The position numbers were made by a program, and so were the translations under genes. The notes below the pieces were generated by a model that was not told where the DNA came from, ran no database searches, and saw only the letters and a list, made by a program, of their open reading frames with translations. This document shows, in pieces, positions 25,910 to 28,443 of a DNA stretch of 28,443 nt. Source of the stretch: Candidatus Methylomirabilis sp. (GTDB lineage Bacteria > Methylomirabilota > Methylomirabilia > Methylomirabilales > Methylomirabilaceae); contig JBGQJI010000019.1 of the NCBI GenBank assembly GCA_041498975.1, forward strand, positions 1 through 28,443, read 5' to 3'. Position 1 is the stretch's first letter. Each line of letters starts with the position of its first letter.

Positions 25910-27415
25910 ATGGGAGTCGCAACAGCCACGTTTCAAGTTGATGAGCAGGTCAGCCGTTTCGTGAAGCAGCCTCGAAAGATGCTAATCGGCGGAAAATGGG
26001 TCGAGGCCGCTTCCGGCAAGACGTTTGCCACATTCGATCCAGCCACGGGCGAGGTGCTGGCCCAGGTGGGCGAGGGCGAGGGCGAGGACATTGACCGGGC
26101 GGTCAAGGCCGCGCGCAAGGCGTTCGAGGCGGGAGCCTGGCGGAGGATGAGCCCGTCTGAGCGGGGACGGGTAATCTGGAAGCTGGCCGATCTGATGGAA
26201 GCGCACCTCGAGGAGTTCGCCCAACTCGAGACCCTAGACAATGGAAAACCTATTACAGTCTCGCGGGCCGCGGACGTCCCGCTCGCGATAGACCTGTTCC
26301 GTTACATGGCGGGGTGGGCAACGAAGATCGAAGGGAACACGATCCCCATCTCAGTCCCGTACACGCCCGGCGCGCGATACCTGGCGTACACGCTGCGCGA
26401 GCCCGTCGGCGTGGTCGGCCAGATCATCCCGTGGAATTTCCCGCTGCTGATGGCGGCCTGGAAGCTCGGGCCGGCCCTTGCGACCGGCTGTACGGTCGTC
26501 CTGAAGCCCGCCGAGCAGACCCCCCTATCAGTCCTGCGGCTGGGCGAGCTATTCGCCGAGGCCGGGTTCCCGGAAGGGGTCGTCAACATCGTCACCGGCT
26601 ACGGGGAGACCGCGGGTGCCGCCCTGGCGGCCCATCCGGACGTGGACAAGGTGGCCTTCACCGGGTCAACAGCGGTGGGAAAGCTTATCATGGCCGCGGC
26701 CACGGGCAATCTCAAGAAGCTTTCGCTCGAGCTTGGCGGGAAGTCTCCGAACATCATCCTTCAGGACGCGAATCTGGACGTCGCGATTCCCGGCGCGGCC
26801 AGCGCGATCTTCTTCAACCACGGCCAGTGCTGCTGTGCCGGCTCCCGTCTCTTCGTGGAGCAGGGGATATTCGATCGAGTCGTCGAGGGGGTTGCTGAGA
26901 AGGCCAGGAAGATCAAGGTCGGTCCAGGTCTCGACCCGAAGACCGAAATGGGGCCCCTGGTCTCGCACGATCAACTGACTCGGGTGTGCGGCTACATCGA
27001 GTCCGGATTTGTCGAGGGGGCAAAGGCGGTGGTCGGCGGGCGGAGACTGGGGGACAAGGGGTACTTTGTCGAACCGACCGTCCTTGTCGATACCAAGCCG
27101 CACATGAAGGTCATCCAGGAAGAGATCTTCGGCCCCGTCGTCGCCGCCATCCCGTTCAAAGAGGTAGATGAAGTCGTCGCCTCCGCGAATGACTCCATCT
27201 ACGGCCTGGCGGCGGCTGTCTGGACGCGGGACATCAGCAAGGCGCATCGAATCGCCTCCGAGCTTCGAGCGGGGACGGTCTGGATCAACTGCTACAACAT
27301 CTTCGACGCGGCCATGCCCTTTGGCGGGTACAAGCAATCCGGCTGGGGCCGTGAGATGGGCCACGACGCGCTGGAGCTGTACACCGACGTCAAGGCCGTC
27401 TGCGCCAGGTTGTAG
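25910..27415 (+). CDS. NAD(P)-dependent aldehyde dehydrogenase (ALDH1/2, phenylacetaldehyde dehydrogenase-like)
   Basis: [48 protein letters not shown] and PFGGYKQSG motifs; AGGAGG SD. Confidence 0.95.
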   Translation: MGVATATFQVDEQVSRFVKQPRKMLIGGKWVEAASGKTFATFDPATGEVLAQVGEGEGEDIDRAVKAARKAFEAGAWRRMSPSERGRVIWKLADLMEAHLEEFAQLETLDNGKPITVSRAADVPLAIDLFRYMAGWATKIEGNTIPISVPYTPGARYLAYTLREPVGVVGQIIPWNFPLLMAAWKLGPALATGCTVVLKPAEQTPLSVLRLGELFAEAGFPEGVVNIVTGYGETAGAALAAHPDVDKVAFTGSTAVGKLIMAAATGNLKKLSLELGGKSPNIILQDANLDVAIPGAASAIFFNHGQCCCAGSRLFVEQGIFDRVVEGVAEKARKIKVGPGLDPKTEMGPLVSHDQLTRVCGYIESGFVEGAKAVVGGRRLGDKGYFVEPTVLVDTKPHMKVIQEEIFGPVVAAIPFKEVDEVVASANDSIYGLAAAVWTRDISKAHRIASELRAGTVWINCYNIFDAAMPFGGYKQSGWGREMGHDALELYTDVKAVCARL

Positions 27416-27518
27416 GCCGTTCACGCCGGCGCACCGCGGACATACAAACCTCGCCGATCTTCAAGGAGCGTAAACACCAAGACGCGTGATCGCTGAATGG
27501 GCTAATCGCGGGAACGAG

Positions 27519-27595
27519 AAGGGCACAGTGGGCGCCTCCGGTCTTGTGGGCATGTCTTGGAGCGGGACCGGGGCGGTTGCCATGTGCCCTTTTTC
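27519..27595 (+). terminator. Long imperfect hairpin with T-tract
   Basis: AAGGGCACA/TGTGCCCTT base stem, inner CGCCTCCGGTCTTG/CGGGACCGGGGCG stem, then TTTC. Confidence 0.55.
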
Positions 27596-27677
27596 GTAGG
27601 CGGTCGGGCTGGAGCCGGAGGATAGCCTCTTCCGGAAGACACCGCATCCCGAAGTGCCGCAATCGAGAGAGGATACT

Positions 27678-28160
27678 GTGGCCAAAACCCTCACCATCCT
27701 TCCTGAACGGTGTACCGCCTGCCGGGCGTGTGAACTGGCCTGCTCCGTGAAACACTATGGGGACTTCAACCCCAACCGCTCCCGTATCAAGGTGACCGTC
27801 TTCACGGAAGATGCGGTCTATATCCCCACGGCCTGTACCCAGTGCGAGGGGGCCTGGTGCGCCAAGATTTGTCCTACCAACGCGATCCTCCGCGACGGCA
27901 GGTACATGGCCTACTACGTGGACGACAACAGGTGCGTCGGCTGCAAGATGTGTGTACTGGCCTGCCCGTTTGGGGCCATCGAGCTGTTCCCGGACCACGG
28001 AAAGGCCGAGAAATGTGACCTCTGCCTCTCAATCGACGGCGATCCGGAGTGCGTGAAATTCTGCACGCCGGGCGCTCTGCTCTTCACCGATGAGGACCTG
28101 AGCGCGAAGGCAAAGACGGTGGCCACGGCTCTTCGATTGAAGGAGGTCTTCAGACGGTAG
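27678..28160 (+). CDS. 4Fe-4S dicluster protein (four clusters; DmsB/AorA-like electron-transfer subunit)
   Basis: CTACRACELAC, CTQCEGAWCAKICP, CVGCKMCVLACP and KCDLC...CVKFC motifs; GAGG SD before GTG. Confidence 0.92.
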   Translation: MAKTLTILPERCTACRACELACSVKHYGDFNPNRSRIKVTVFTEDAVYIPTACTQCEGAWCAKICPTNAILRDGRYMAYYVDDNRCVGCKMCVLACPFGAIELFPDHGKAEKCDLCLSIDGDPECVKFCTPGALLFTDEDLSAKAKTVATALRLKEVFRR

Positions 28161-28248
28161 GTCATAGCCTGCCGGGCTGGAGAGGAACGCCCCACAGAGG
28201 GGCCTCGATCCGAGGAGGAGTTCCCACACCCCCTTGACGCTGGGCTTC

Positions 28249-28443
28249 ATGGCTGAGGTGAGATTCCTGGGCGAACTCCGGAAGGCCGATGGAGTCGCCA
28301 CGTTCGGGATCGATGCCCACACGGTTGAGGAGCTGCTGGAGCAGTTGGGGCGGGTCATGGGCCCCGCGTTCCAGGAGTTCGTCTTTGAGGGGGGAAAGCT
28401 CCAGCAGGATGTCGGGGTGCTGGTCAACGGTCGGAATATCTCA
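28249..28443 (+). CDS. MoaD/ThiS-family ubiquitin-like protein (partial, runs off the window)
   Basis: MAEVRFLGELRK...TVEELLEQL...VGVLVNGRNIS beta-grasp pattern; not in the ORF track. Confidence 0.8.
   Translation, partial: MAEVRFLGELRKADGVATFGIDAHTVEELLEQLGRVMGPAFQEFVFEGGKLQQDVGVLVNGRNIS

Overview
High-GC bacterial window that splits at a tRNA-Glu(TTC) gene (13518-13595). Gene content is compatible with a Methylomirabilota/NC10-Rokubacteria-like organism, but that is inference only. The left half holds envelope and housekeeping genes: a UbiA-type polyprenyl-phosphate phosphoribosyltransferase, a GT-C-like membrane protein, an SMR/EamA protein, two bactofilins flanking a DUF218 gene, a YtkA/FixH-CcmI(C-term) fusion, a stand-alone DnaJ-type Zn finger, an RRM protein, an atypical FAAL, a holin-4 family protein, a cNMP-domain protein and an AI-2E transporter. 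It also has three 102-bp TA-flanked MITE-like elements, one nested inside another. Right of the tRNA is a decayed tyrosine integrase and an island-like mosaic. Intact redox genes there are a MauG/SACCP-like di-heme protein, nirA fused to a Rieske domain with an FNT channel and cobA, a DHOR di-heme protein, a secreted GlcG/HbpS protein, an aldehyde dehydrogenase, and a 4Fe-4S protein plus MoaD-like gene. These are interspersed with gene remnants: the fae 5' end, an alpha/beta hydrolase, an Anp1/Mnn9-like glycosyltransferase and a SorB-like cytochrome c. No CRISPR or rRNA was seen. All family assignments come from motif recognition by eye, not database searches.
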